A DNA stretch of 64,000 nucleotides. Origin: Mobula hypostoma. Its lineage: Eukaryota. The stretch covers positions 112,222,001-112,286,000 of the forward strand of contig NC_086097.1 in assembly GCF_963921235.1 (NCBI RefSeq). The letters run 5' to 3'. Positions 12,135 to 24,639 of this stretch are shown piece by piece (position 1 is the first letter of the stretch; every line of letters starts with the position of its first letter). Both the position numbers and the translations under genes were made by a program. The notes beneath the pieces are model-generated. The model saw only the letters and a program-made list of their open reading frames with translations. It did not search any database and had not been told where the DNA came from.

Positions 12135-13500
12135 GCTTTTAAAATACAAACAAAAGGCAACTAAAAGCTATAAGAAGGGAAAAGATGAAATATGAAGTCA
12201 AACTAGCCAATAATATAAAGCAGGATACTAGAAGTTTTTTCTGTTATATAAAGAGTAAAAAGAGGTGAGAATTGATATTGGACCACTGGAAAATGATGCT
12301 AGTGAGGTAGTAATGGGAGACAAAGAAATGGCAAATGAACTTAATGGGTACTTTGCACCAGTCTTCACTGTGGAAGACACTAGCAGTGTGCCAGAGGTCT
12401 GTGAGTGTCAGGGAGCAGGAGTGAGTGCCATTGCTATTACAAAGGAAAAAGTGGTAGGCGAGCAAACTCAAAGGTCTTAGGGTGGATGTCACCTGGACCA
12501 AATGGACTACATCTCATAGTCCTGAGAGAGGTTGCTGAAGAGATAATGGATGCATTGGTCATGATCTTTCAAGAATCACTTGATACTGGCATGGCCCCAG
12601 AGGACTGGAAAATTGCAAATGTCACTCCACTCTTTAAGAAGGGAGGAAGGCAAAAGAAATGAAATTGTAGGCCAGTTAGCCTAACCTCAGTGGCTGCGAA
12701 ACTGTTGGTGTCCATTATTAAGGATGAGGTTTCAGGATATAGACTATTGCCTGGATAAGGAGAAGGTTCAAACATCTGAGGAACAAAGGGACTTGGGAGT
12801 CCTTGTGCAGAGCTCCCAGAAGGTTGAATTGCAGGTTGGGTCGGTGGTGAGAAGGGCAGATGCAATGTTGGTGTTGACTTTAAGGGGAACAGAATATAAA
12901 AACAAGGAGATAAAGCTGAGATAAAGATACTAGTTAGGCTGCACTTGGAGTACTGTCAACAGTTTTGGGCACCATACCTCAGAAAGGATGTGTTGTCATT
13001 GGAGAGAGTCCAGAGGAGTTTCATGAGGATAATTCTGGGAATGAAGAGGTTAATGTATGAGTAGTGTTTGGCAGCTTTTGCCCTGTATTCACTGGAAGTT
13101 AGAAGAGCGCATGAGGATCCCACTGAAACTTACCGAATGTTGAAAGGACTAGATAGGGTAGATGTGGAGAGGATGTTTTCTCTGGTGGGAGGGTCCAGAA
13201 ATAGAGGGCACAGCCTCAAAATTGAGGAGCCACCTTTTAGAACAGAGGTAAGGAGGATCTTTTTTTAGCCAGAGTGTGATAAATCTGTGGAATGCTCTGC
13301 CACAGACTGTGGCAGAGGTCCAGTCTGCGGGTATATTTAAGATGGAAGTTGGTAGTTTTCTGATCAGTCAGGGCATCAAAGGACATGGCGAGAAGGCAGG
13401 TGTATGAGGTTGAGTGGGATAATAAATCAGCCATGATGGAATGGTGGAGCAGACCCAATGGGCTGAATGGCCCAATTCTATTCCTATGTCTTATGGTCTT
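12135..13500 (+). mobile_element. Decayed CR1 LINE with internal deletion
   Basis: SPGPNGLHLIVLREVAEEI..DWKIANVTPLFKKG jumps near 12740 to post-RT sequence. CR1 3' UTR ends TTCCTATGTCTTATGGTCTT. Confidence 0.85.
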
Positions 13501-13504
13501 ATTC

Positions 13505-13908
13505 TGTCTAATCCCATCAACTCGCACCTGGATCATAGCCTTCATGCCCTTCCCATCGATGTCCAATGAAAGCTTCTCTTAAATGTTGCAATTGAACCGG
13601 CATCCATCATTTCTGCTGGCAGCTGGTTCCACACTCACACCTCCCTTTGAGTGAAGAAATTACCCCTCAGGTTTCCCTTAAGTATTTCACTTTTACCCTT
13701 AACCTATAGTTCTAGTCTTAGCCAACCTCAGTGGAAAAAGCCTGCTTGCATTTACCCTATCTAGATCCTTCATGATTCTGTATTCCTCTATCAAATCTCC
13801 CCTCACCCTCCCATGCACCAGGAAATAAAGTCCGAACCTATTTAACCTTTCCATGTCCTTAAGTCCCAGCAACATCCTTGTAAATTTTCTCTGTACTCTT
13901 TCAATCTT
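13505..13908 (-). mobile_element. CR1 LINE 3' fragment
   Basis: IERVQRKFTRML..RVRGDLIEEYRIMKDLDRVNASRLFPL. Confidence 0.8.
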
Positions 13909-13950
13909 AGGGGCGTGGGATCCAGGGAAACTTGGCTCTCTGAATAGATA

Positions 13951-13959
13951 ACACACACA

Positions 13960-13995
<36 letters not shown>
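13951..13995. repeat. (AC)n microsatellite
   Basis: Directly visible. Confidence 0.95.
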
Positions 13996-14000
<5 letters not shown>

Positions 14001-14159
14001 TTGGAGGTACTCAGCAGGTCAGGCTATGGAGGGGAATAAACAGTTGGCACTGAGATCCTTCATAGAAACATAGAAACATAGAAAATAGGTGCAGGAGTAG
14101 GCCATTCGGCCCTTCGAGCCTGCACCGCCATTTATTATGATCATGGCTGATCATCCAAC

Positions 14160-17100
14160 TCAGAACCCTGTACCAGCCTTCCCTCCATACCCTCTGATCC
14201 CCCGAGCCACAAGGGCCATATCTAACTCCCTCTTAAATATAGCCAATGAACTGGCCTCAACTGTTTCCTGTGGCAGAGAATTCCACAGATTCACCACTCT
14301 CTGTGTGAAGAAGTTTTTCCTAATCTCAGTCCTAAAAGGCTTCGCCTTTATCCTCAAACTGTGACCCCTTGTTCTGGACTTCCCCAACATCGGGAACAAT
14401 CTTTCTGCATCTAGCCTGTCCAATCCCTTTAGGATTTTATACATTTCAATCAGATCCCCCCTCAATCTTCTAAATTCCAACGAGTACAAGCCTAGTTCAT
14501 CCAGTCTTTCTTCATATGAAAGTCCTGCCATCCTAGGAATCAATCTGGTGAACCTTCTTTGTACTCCCTCTATGGCAAGGATGTCTTTCCTCAGATTAGG
14601 GGACCAAAACTGCACACAATACTCCAGGTGTGGTCTCACCAAGGCCTTGTACAATTGCAGTAGTACCTCCCTGCTCCTGTACTCGAATCCTCTCGCTATA
14701 AATGCCAGCATACCATTCGCCTTTTTCACCGCCTGCTGTACCTGCATGCCCACTTTCAATGACTGGTGTATAATGACACCCAGGTCTCGTTGCACCTCCC
14801 CTTTTCCTAATCGGCCACCATTCAGATAATAATCTGTTTTCCTATTTTTGCCACCAAAGTGGATAACTTCACATTTATCCACATTAAATTGCATTTGCCA
14901 TGAATTTGCCCACTCACCCAACCTATCCAAGTCACCCTGCATCCTCTTAGCATCCTCCTCACTGCTAACACTGCCGCCCAGCTTCGTGTCATCTGCAAAC
15001 TTGGAGATGCTGCATTTAATTCCCTCATCCAAGTCATTAAATATATTGTTTGTAAACAACTGGGGTCCCAGCACTGAGCCTTGCGGTACCCCACTAGTCA
15101 TTGCCTGCCATTCTGAAAAGGTCCCGTTTATTCCCACTCTTTGCTTGCTGTCTGCTAACCAATTCTCTATCCACATCAATACCTTACCCCCAATACCGTG
15201 TGCTTTAAGTTTGCACACTAATCTCCTGTGTGGGACCTTGTCAAAAGCCTTTTGAAAATCCAAATATACCACATCCACTGGTTCTCCCCTATCCACTCTA
15301 CTAGTTACATCCTCAAAAAATTCTATGAGATTCGTCAGACATGATTTTCCTTTCACAAATCCATGCTGACTTTGTCCGAAGATTTCACCGCTTTCCAAAT
15401 GTGCTGTTATCACATCTTTGATAACTGACTCTAGCAGTTTCCCCACCACCGACGTTAGGCTAACCGTTCTATAATTCCCCGGTTTCTCTCTCCCTCCCTT
15501 TTTAAAAAGTGGGGTTACATTAGCCACCCTCCAATCCTCAGGAACTAGTCCAGAATCTAACGAGTTTTGAAAAATGATCACTAATGCATCCACTATTTCT
15601 TGGGCTACTTCCTTAAGCACTCTGGGATGCAGACCATCTGGCCCTGGGGATTTATCTGCCTTTAATCCCTTCAATTTACCTAACACCACTTCCCTACTAA
15701 CATGTATTTCGCTCAGTTCCTCCATCTCACTGGACTCTCTGTCCCCTACTATTTCTGGAAGATTATTTATGTCCTCCTTAGTGAAGACAGAACCAAAGTA
15801 ATTATTCAATTGGTCTGCCATGTCCTTGCTCCTCATAATCAATTCACCTGTTTCTGTCTGTAGGGGACCTACATTTGTCTTTACCAGTCTTTTCCTTTTT
15901 ACATATCTATAAAAGCTTTTACAGTCAGTTTTTATGTTCCCTGCCAGTTTTCTCTCATAATCTTTTTTCCCCTTCCTAATTAAGCCCTTTGTCCTCCTCT
16001 GCTGAACTCTGAATTTCTCCCAGTCCTCAGGTGAGCCACTTTTTCTGGATAATTTGTATGCTTTTTCTTTGGAATTAATACTATCCTTAATTTCTCTTGT
16101 CAGCCACGGGTGCACTACCTTCCTTGATTTATTCTTTTGCCAAACTGGGATGAACAATTGTTGTAGTTCATCCATGCAATCTTTAAATGCTTGCCATTGC
16201 ATATCCACCGTCAATCCTTTGAGTGTCATTTGCCAGTCTATCTTAGCTAATTCACGTCTCAGACCTTCAAAGTTACCCCTCTTTAAGTTCAGAACCTTTG
16301 TTTCTGAATTAACTATGTCACTCTCCATCTTAATGAAGAATTCCACCATATTATGGTCACTCTTACCCAAGGGGCCTCTCACGACAAGATTGCTAATTAA
16401 CCCTTCCTCATTGCTCAAAACCCAGTCTAGAATAACCTGCTCTCTAGTTGGTTCCTCGACATGTTGGTTCAAAAAACCATCCCTCATACATTCCAAGAAA
16501 TCCTCTTCCTCAGCACCTTTACCAATTTGGTTCACCCAATCTACATGTAGATTGAAGTCACCCATTATAACTGCTGTTCCTTTATTGCACACATTTCTAA
16601 TTTCCTGTTTAATACCATCCCCGACCTCACTACTACTGTTAGGTGGCCTGTACACAACTCCCACCAGCGTTTTCTGCCCCTTAGTGTTATGCAGCTCTAC
16701 CCATATCGATTCCACATCTTCCTGGCTTATGTCCTTCCTTTCTATTGCGTTACTCTCGTCTTTAACCATCAACGCCACCCCACCTCCTTTTCTTTCATGT
16801 CTATCCCTCCTGAATATTCCTTTGATCCCTGGACATTGAGCTCCCATCCTTGGTCACCCTGGAGCCATGTCTCTGTGATCCCAACTATATCATAATCATT
16901 AATAACAATCTGCACTTTCAATTCATCCACCTTGTTACGAATGCTCCTGGCATTGACACACAAAGCCTTCAGGCGCTCTTTTACAACTCTCTTAGCCCTT
17001 ATACAATTATGTTGAAAAGTGGCCTTTTTTGATGCTTGCCCTGGATTTGTCCACCTGCCACTTTTACTTTTCTCCTTACTACTTTTTGCTTCTACCCTCA

Positions 17101-17212
17101 CTTTACACCCCTTTGTCTCTCTGAACTGGTTCCCATCCCCCTGTTGTGAACTAACCTCCTCTCGCCTAGCCTCTTTAATTTGATTCCCACCCCCCAACCA
17201 TTCTAGTTTAAA
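14160..17212 (-). pseudogene. CR1 ORF2: APE endonuclease plus reverse transcriptase, one frameshift near 16818-16825
   Basis: CVNARSIRNK and GITETWL lie in ORF 16769..17197. VYRPP, MGDFN, SDH, YLDFQKAFDKV, GVPQGSVLGP and KFADDTKL lie in the 895-aa ORF 14160..16847. Confidence 0.93.
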
Positions 17213-18139
17213 GTCACCTCAATAGCCCTCGCTAATCTCCCTGCCAGGATATTGGTCCCCCTAGGATTCAAGTGTAACCCGTCCTTTTCGTACAGGTCAC
17301 GCCTGTGCCAAAAGAGGTCCCAATGATCCAAAAACTTGAATCCCTGCCTCCTGCTCCAATCCCTCAGCCACGTATTTATCCTCCAGCTCATCGCATTCCT
17401 ACTCTCACTGTCGTGTGGCACAGGCAGTAATCCCGAGATTACTACCTTTGCGGTCCTTTTTCTCAACTCCCTTCCTAGCTCCCTATATTCTCCTTTCAGG
17501 ACCTCTTCCCTTTTCCTACCTATGTCATTGGTACCTATATGTACCACGACCTCTGGCTCCTCACCCTCCCACTTCAGGATATCTTGGACACGATCAGAGA
17601 TATCCCGGACCCTGGCACCAGGGAGGCAAACTACCACCCGGGTCTCTGGACTGCGTCCACATAATCGCCTATCTGACCCCCTTACTATCGAGTCCCCTAT
17701 CACAACTGCCCTCCTCTTCCTTTCCCTACCTTTCTGAGCTACAGGGCCGGACTCTGTGCCGGAGGCACGGCCACTGTCACTTCCCCCGGGTAAGCTGTCC
17801 CCCCCAACAGTACTCAAACAGGAGTACCTATTGTTAAGGGGCACAGCCACTGGGGTACTCTCTATTACCTGACTCTTCCCCTTCCCCCCTCCTAACCGTG
17901 ATTCACTGGTCTGCCTCCCATGGCCCCGGTGTGACCACCTGCCTATAACTCCTCTCTATCAACTCCTCACTCTCCCTGACCAGACGAAGGTCATCGAGCT
18001 GCAGCTCCAGTTCCGTAACGCGGTCCCTTAGGAGCTGCATCTCGATGCACTTGGCGCGGATGTGGACATCCGGGAGGCTTGGAGACTCCAGGGCCTCCCA
18101 CATCCGACACCGAGAACAACAAACTGCCCTCACACTCAT
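17203..18139 (-). pseudogene. CR1 ORF1: Cys-rich/coiled-coil N-terminus plus SGNH (GDSL-type) esterase
   Basis: ATG at 18139 (MSVRAVCCSRC..LELQLDDL). TGA at 17903-17905 and a +1 G in the run near 17884-17889. Then VIGDSIVRG, PGA, HIGTND and DGLHLN blocks. Confidence 0.9.
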
Positions 18140-18939
18140 ACTGCCCCTCTCCTCAAATAACAACAGAAAATGAATGCCAAACCTTCCTCGCCTCGCCCGT
18201 TTCCGCCTAAGCCCGGTGAGCCGAAGCCCTTAAGCCTTCACTCTGCTCCCGGCTCACTCCGCAGCCCGCTGTCTGAGGCTCTGTTCCTTTTAAATCTTCC
18301 GCGCTGCACTGCCCAATGTCACACGCCTGCGCAGTCCCGCCTCTCTGAACGCCGATGGAGAAAAAAACAACGAACATTTCAAAAATGTCTTCCTCCGCAC
18401 TCCCGCTCCGACTCTCAGACTTCACTAGGTCTCCAAAGAGAAAATAAAAATTTCTTCAGGGTAGCCATACCTCAATGAGACTTTGCAGTGGAGCAACGAA
18501 TCACAGACATAGGAGACTCTGCAGATGTTGGAAACCTAGAGCAACATGCAAAATGTTGGAGGGACTCAGCGGGGTTTTGGCCCAAAACATGGACTGTTTA
18601 TTCATCTCTATAGATGCTGCCCAGTCTGCTGTGTTCCTCCAGCATTTTATGCCTGGATGACTGACTCCAGTAGAATCCCCCAGACTGAGCCACACAGAGT
18701 TCTGTTGCCTAGTGATATTATGTTACTCATCAACAACCCCAATGATAGGTGTGTCACAGCAAATCATTCATTTGCTTCTGAGTTAGAAAGTTGTCAGTTC
18801 AAATCTCAGTCTATAAGGATGAGGCTAACATCCTCCATGCATTCTTAAGAAGGACAACGGGACACATCGGGTAGTAGTGGCCCGAAATATCATTTTCTTC
18901 CATTGATGCTGCCGACACATTCAGTTGTTCCAGCTAGTC

Positions 18940-19170
18940 TCTATTTTACTCAGAGAGTGGTAGCTGTGTGGAACAAGCTACCAGCAGAAGTGGTTGAGGC
19001 AGGTTCGATGTTGTTATTTAAAGTTAAATTGGACAGCTATATGGACAGGAAAGGAATGGAGGGTTGTGGGCTGAGTGCAGGTGGGTGGGACTAGGTGAGA
19101 GTGAGCGTTCGGCACGGACTAGAAGGGCCGAGATGGCCTGTTTCCGTGCTGTAATTGTTATATGGTTATA
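18940..19170 (+). mobile_element. CR1 LINE 3' fragment
   Basis: FTQRVVAVWNKLPAEVVEAG..FKVKLDSYMD followed by a CR1 3' UTR. Confidence 0.8.
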
Positions 19171-19249
19171 TCATTTGTGTCAAATCAAATCAGTGAGATT
19201 TGTGCCACATTTCCAGTGCCCACAACTCCCAATTCCTAACTAGACATCA

Positions 19250-19403
19250 TTAGTATGTGGGAGGAAACCAGAGTACTTGGAGGAACCTCGTGGACACAGG
19301 GAGAACGTACAAACTCCTTACAGACAGCAATGGGAATTGACTCCCAATCTCTGATCACCAGTACTGTAAAGTGATTATGTTAACTGCTATGCTACTGTAC
19401 TGC
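19250..19403 (-). mobile_element. V-domain SINE fragment
   Basis: Same core as 9440-9625. Confidence 0.7.
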
Positions 19404-19416
19404 CCTTAAAAAAGAC

Positions 19417-20387
19417 AGGTAGAAGCGCAAGAACTCATGGGCAGAGTTATGGAGACTGGAGCCCTTCCGTATTTCCTTCTTTTGCGATCTGTGTATGACA
19501 CCCTTCCTTCATCATTACATCTGTATACATGGGGGATGAGAGAGGACCTGTACTGTAAGCTTTGTGGTCAAAAGGGGACACTGGCTCATATACTGTCTAA
19601 CTCAAGGGCGGTATAGGTGGCACCATGATAAGGTGCTTCTGGCTCTTGCTGACACACTAGAGCGGGAGAGATGCAAGAAGAGGACGGCTGGCACAGATTT
19701 GAGGAAGGCCATCACCTTCATCAAAGAGGGAGCTAGGCCTTTTGTAACCAAACAACCAAAGCCCAATCTGCTACTAATGGCCAGGTCCTGGGAGATGAGG
19801 GTTGATGTGGGAAGGAGGTTGCAGTTCCCGGATGTGGTGCACACAACCCTATGCCTGGACATTGTACTGTGGTCAATGGAAGACAGGAAAAAATTCTGCT
19901 TAAGCTGACTGTGCCGTGGGAGGAGGGATGGGAAGAGGCCCACGAGAAAAAGACCTTGAAGTACCAGCCCTTATGCAGGAGTGTAAAGACAAGGGATGGC
20001 AGGCATGGTTGTTCCCTGTGGAGATCGGCTGCAGAGGTTTCTCAGCCAAATCAGCATGGCGGTTGTTGTCAGATCTGGGCCTGGATGAAAGGAGCAAAAA
20101 CAAGTAGCTCGTAGGATGGGGGAAGAGGCAGAACGAGCCTTTTGTTGGATTTGGAGTAGGCGAGAGGAGGGGAGCTGGAAGTCAGGAGCAGATGGGCAGT
20201 GATCTGGCCACCACTGCCAGCCCACTAACTGGAGAGTGTCGTGGTTAAGGGTCGAAACACTCTGTGAAGGTTGGGAATCACCTGATGACATCTGCTCCTG
20301 GCTGAAGGCTACGGTTACCTTATAAGGTTATCTGGAGAATGCACCCTAACAGGTGTATGTAACAAGTATAAAAATTTCCACACGTAA
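19417..20387 (+). mobile_element. 5'-truncated HERO-like (restriction-like endonuclease) non-LTR element
   Basis: WAELWRLEPFRISFLLRSVYDTLPS, CKLC..H zinc knuckle, GRYRWHHDKVL, DIVLWS..LTVPWEE..KY and FPVEIGCRGF. TSD AAAAAAGAC at 19408-19416 and 20388-20396. Confidence 0.85.
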
Positions 20388-20999
20388 AAAAAAGACTTCT
20401 AGAGAGCTATTAAATGGCAGCAACACAAGCAAAATGTGGGAGGAACTCAGCAGGCCAGGTAGCATCTATGGAAAAGAGTAAACAGTCGACGTTTCCTGCC
20501 ATTAAATGGCAGGTTATTTCTTTGGAAAGTGTTGTTTGATTAAGGAAAGCTGGTGGGGCTATCAATTTAAGTCAAGCTTGATACACTGAATACATGATTG
20601 AAAAGAAGAATCAGTGTAATACAATAGAGGTTACACCTTTAGATTTTTTGAAGCACTTAATGAAGTATCAGAAAGGAAGCTTATTAGGCAAATATGATTA
20701 AGCGTCAATTTACTGTACAAAAACAATATTGTCTCAGTGAAAAGAATCTAGGGATGGTGATGATAGATGGCTGATTTTCAGAATGACAGATAAGTTGCAA
20801 TAGTGTTCTCCCAGGAGGGCCCAATATTCATCAACCTGAATGGAGGAACTGCAAATTTTGCAGATGATAGGGGAGTTGACAGAGTAGTAGTTAATGATGA
20901 CAATATAGGAGAGTAATATGGGTGGAAATATTGTAATTGGTGCAATGTGGACAAGTTTGAAGTACTGCATTTTGGAGAAACTGAAATGGAAAGGAAGTG

Positions 21000-21630
21000 T
21001 CATAGAGTCACAGAAAAGTACAGCAGAGAGCCAGGCCCTTCAGCCCATCTGGCCCATGCTGAACATTCAAACTGCCTACTCCCATCAACCTGCACTGGGA
21101 CCATACCCCTACCATTTTACCATCCATGTATCTATCCAGTTAGTTACTGCCTGTTACGTAGCTGGCATTTATGACAGCAATATACTGTACCTACCTAAAC
21201 TTCCCTTAAACATTGAAATGGAGCTTGCATGCACCATTGTGCTGACAGCTCATTTCACACTCTCATGACCCTCTGAGTGAAGAAATTTCCCCTCATGCTC
21301 CCCTTAAACATTTCACATTTCACCCTTAACCCATGACCTCTGGTTGTAATCCCACCCAACCTTAAAAAGCCTGCTTGCAATATATCCCTTATAAATTTGT
21401 ATACTTCTATCAAATCTCCTCTGAATCTTTTATATTCCAAGGAATAAAGTCCTATTCTATTTAATCTTTCCTTATAACTCAGGTTCTCCAGAGCTGGCAA
21501 TATCCTTAAATTTCCTCTGTACTCTTTCAACCTTATTTACATTTTTCCTGTAGATAGGTGAACGAAACTGCACACAATACGCCAAATTAGGCCTTGCCAA
21601 TATCTTATACAACTTCAACATAACATTACA
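21000..21630 (-). mobile_element. CR1 LINE 3' fragment
   Basis: LSYKERLNRIGLYSLEYKRFRGDLIEVYK..RGNFFTQRVMRV. Confidence 0.8.
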
Positions 21631-22422
21631 TGGTGGTCCAAAAACTGCTCTATCTTATGCTCTGGTGTTAAAACAGCACAGTAGGACATCCTAGTGCTGT
21701 TTGTGATAGTCACATGCAGAGCAAGTTTAACTCAAAGATCATAGGCGGGGAAATTGAGCTTTCCAATGTACTGCTCTGCTGGAGCTGACATGGTCACTCT
21801 TAGCTTTCCGTTCCCTGTTGATGTATTGCAATTTCTTGTAGTTCTCAGCAAGCAGAATGGAAGTGCAATGTATTTGCAGCCAGCTCTTAAAGGAACATAT
21901 CATAATGAGAATAACCAGCTTCCAGATACTGGAGAGGAGTGTGGCGAGGAAGGGAGAGAGATTGGAAAGTTCTTTCAGGGGATCAGTGGGTCCCAGAGAA
22001 GCTGCTGAAGCTGAACGGCTACAGGAGCGCATCGCATTCTTTGTTTCACAAAGACTCTGCACTTATAGGCAAACACACCCCATAGCAGGAGGTTGTCAGA
22101 AAAATCATGAGTGCCTTCACTGTGAGGAAAACATGGCCTATAGGAAATTCTCTGCCTGCTTCTGTGGCAGATGGAAAGGTTTATGAAGCTTCTTTTCCTT
22201 GGCACAGAGTACAGAGGAGTTGCCCAATGCAGTGGGGAGAAAGAATATGATCAGTACTCCAGCTGAGAAGTTCAGAGACACCATAACCCTCATTACCATA
22301 GGCTAAGCAACTCGACCCAGCTGTAACATTTTAGTTGAACTTGCACGAAGTCAAAGACTTCAATGCTCTCAAGTCAAAGATTTGTCAAAGCTGGTTGCTC
22401 AGTGAGTAATTAAAAACTATTA

Positions 22423-23036
22423 CACACAATGGCCCCTTTATTAGGTACCTCCTGTGCCTTATAAAATGGCAACTGAACGTATTTCTGTATGTTCGTTGTC
22501 CCCTGCTGCTGTAGCCCATCAACTTTAAGGTTCGACATGTTGTGTATTCAGAGATGCTGAGGAATAATTGTTACACCAGCAATGAATTAAAGACAATCCA
22601 CTTGGATTTATCATACTTTCTCACCAGTTTTGTAACATGTAGTTATCAGAGTTAATGTCATCTTGAACCACTCTGGCCATTCTACTCTGACCCCTCTTGT
22701 TAACAAGGTATTTGCACCCTGAGAACTGCCGCTGACTGGATGTTTTTGTTTCGTGCATAACTCTCTGTAAACTCCAAAGACTCTAGTGCATGAATATTCC
22801 AAGAGATCAGCAGACATACTCAAACCACCCTGTCTGGCACCAACAATCATTCCACCGTCAAAGTCACTTTGATCCCATTTCTTCCCCACTCTGATGTTTG
22901 GTCTGAACAACAACTGAACCTTTTGACCATATCTGCATGTTTTTATACATTGAGTTACTGCCACATGATTGGCTGATTAGGAATTTGCATTAATGAGCAG
23001 GTGCACAAGTGTACCGAATAAAATGGCCACTGACTG
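22423..23036 (-). mobile_element. Tc1-family non-autonomous DNA transposon
   Basis: TA on both flanks. TIRs CACACAATGGCCCCTTTATTAGGTAC and CAGTCAGTGGCCATTTTATTCGGTAC. Transposase remnant SDFDGGMIVGARQGGLS. Confidence 0.8.
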
Positions 23037-23994
23037 TATTTCTTAGGCTTGGGAATGGAAATCGCAACACATACAAATTTTACATAGTGCACTCTGTTGA
23101 TGTCATGGGGGGAGTTGTACACAGGAAGATAAGTGTGCCGGGGGAGTGAAAGTCCTACTGAAGGGACACATTTATCGATGGATTTTAAGGTAAGGGATAT
23201 AAGCAAGATATGCACCTACCCAGGAATGAGGGAATAGGATCAAATGTGGAGATGGAACTATGCACTGATTTTCCTAAGCACCAGCACAAGCACAGCTAGA
23301 CAAGCAGCCTTTTCTGTGCTATATTTACAGTTACTCTATACAATTTGTCTACTGATCCTGTATCATTAATAAACTTCTTGAAATGTCTCAAAATATTAAG
23401 TAATTTTGGAATTCTGATAATTGACATTGCCAAATTTGTGAAGTATATTGTTAAATTAAGCTTAGATTCTAATTGTGATATTTCTGTCTCCTGGACTTTC
23501 AGAGATGTCTGGTTTAGTTGCTGTGCCACCGTAACATGCCAGATAGGAAAAGGTTCACAATAACGGTGTTGAATAGACTCAAATGAGTAAAAATTAAAAA
23601 TGCATTAAAATTGTGAAGCAAGGCATATGTGCACTCTGTTTATAACACTTCAATTGAATTGTTATCTTACAGGCTGGCATGGTTGTCGGTGTACAGATGT
23701 GGTTATTGTATGGATTTCATTATAAGAGGATATCTTCCTGATTGTTATTTCAGAACTGAATCCAAAGTCTAAGTTTTAATTAGATGGATCTGCTCATTGA
23801 AACTTCAGGATTCTGCAAAACAAATACACGTCAGATTGCATGAACCTAAAAATAAAATCTTATATAATGACGAACCTCATACCTGTGACTGTGATGAGAC
23901 TTACACAACAGATTAATGTCCTGTAGTGCATAATATTGTGTAAGATGGCTGAAATTGTGGTGATAATCACTGCCAGCTCTTAATTAATTAATTA

Positions 23995-24210
23995 GGAAAC
24001 TATGCCGAATAGGCCCTTCCAGCCGTTCAGGTCACGGTGCCCAGCAACCCCCGATTTAACCCTAGCCTAGTTGTGGGACATTTTACAATGACCGATTAAC
24101 CCACCAATCGATATGTCTTTGGACTGTGGGAGGAAACCTGATCACCAGGAGGAAACCCATGTGGTCACGGGGAGAACACACAAACTCCTTACAGACTCTA
24201 GCGGGATTCT
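23995..24210 (-). mobile_element. V-domain SINE
   Basis: V core plus CR1-type tail, as at 11500-11792. Confidence 0.75.
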
Positions 24211-24639
24211 AGATATTCTATTTGAAACCTTAATGAATAAAATTCATACAGACTTGGAATTGTGCTTGTATATCCACAGTAAAAACTAGATATTTATTAT
24301 TTCAATACAAGTGATAACTTAGTGGAGCTGATCTTCCATTTGCTACACCATATTAATAAATTTTGTTATGAGTAAAGACATCCAGTTCAGAGCTACTATC
24401 CAGACAACAATGACATGTTACTCCATCAGTTTCAGGATATACTATAGTTAAGGAGAAGGAAAGATGAAAGGAAAAGGGAGGGTGCACCTTATCAGTATAG
24501 AATTATAGAAGAGGGGCAGAGGATGAAATAAAAGTAATGAAATTCAGGGGGACATGTCCCACAAACATCCATGAATATTGGGTTTGCAGATCAGAAGTCT
24601 GCTGTTTGGCTTCATATGATTTCCCTCCTTTTGAGTAAA

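Larger units (their letters stand above)
14063..18419 (-). mobile_element. Full-length CR1-clade LINE (young, inactivated)
   Basis: CpG-rich 5' UTR, ORF1, ORF2, 3' stem-loop GTGCAGG..CCTGCAC and (TTCTATGT)n tail. Candidate TSD CTTCA at 14058-14062 and 18420-18424. Confidence 0.95.

Noticed and set aside
13699..13992. ORF starting MCVCVCV
   Set aside because: A microsatellite read into a CR1 fragment.
16054..16839. 261-aa plus-strand ORF
   Set aside because: It is the antisense shadow of CR1 ORF2 with no recognisable domain. The same applies to 14848..15255 and 17336..17837.
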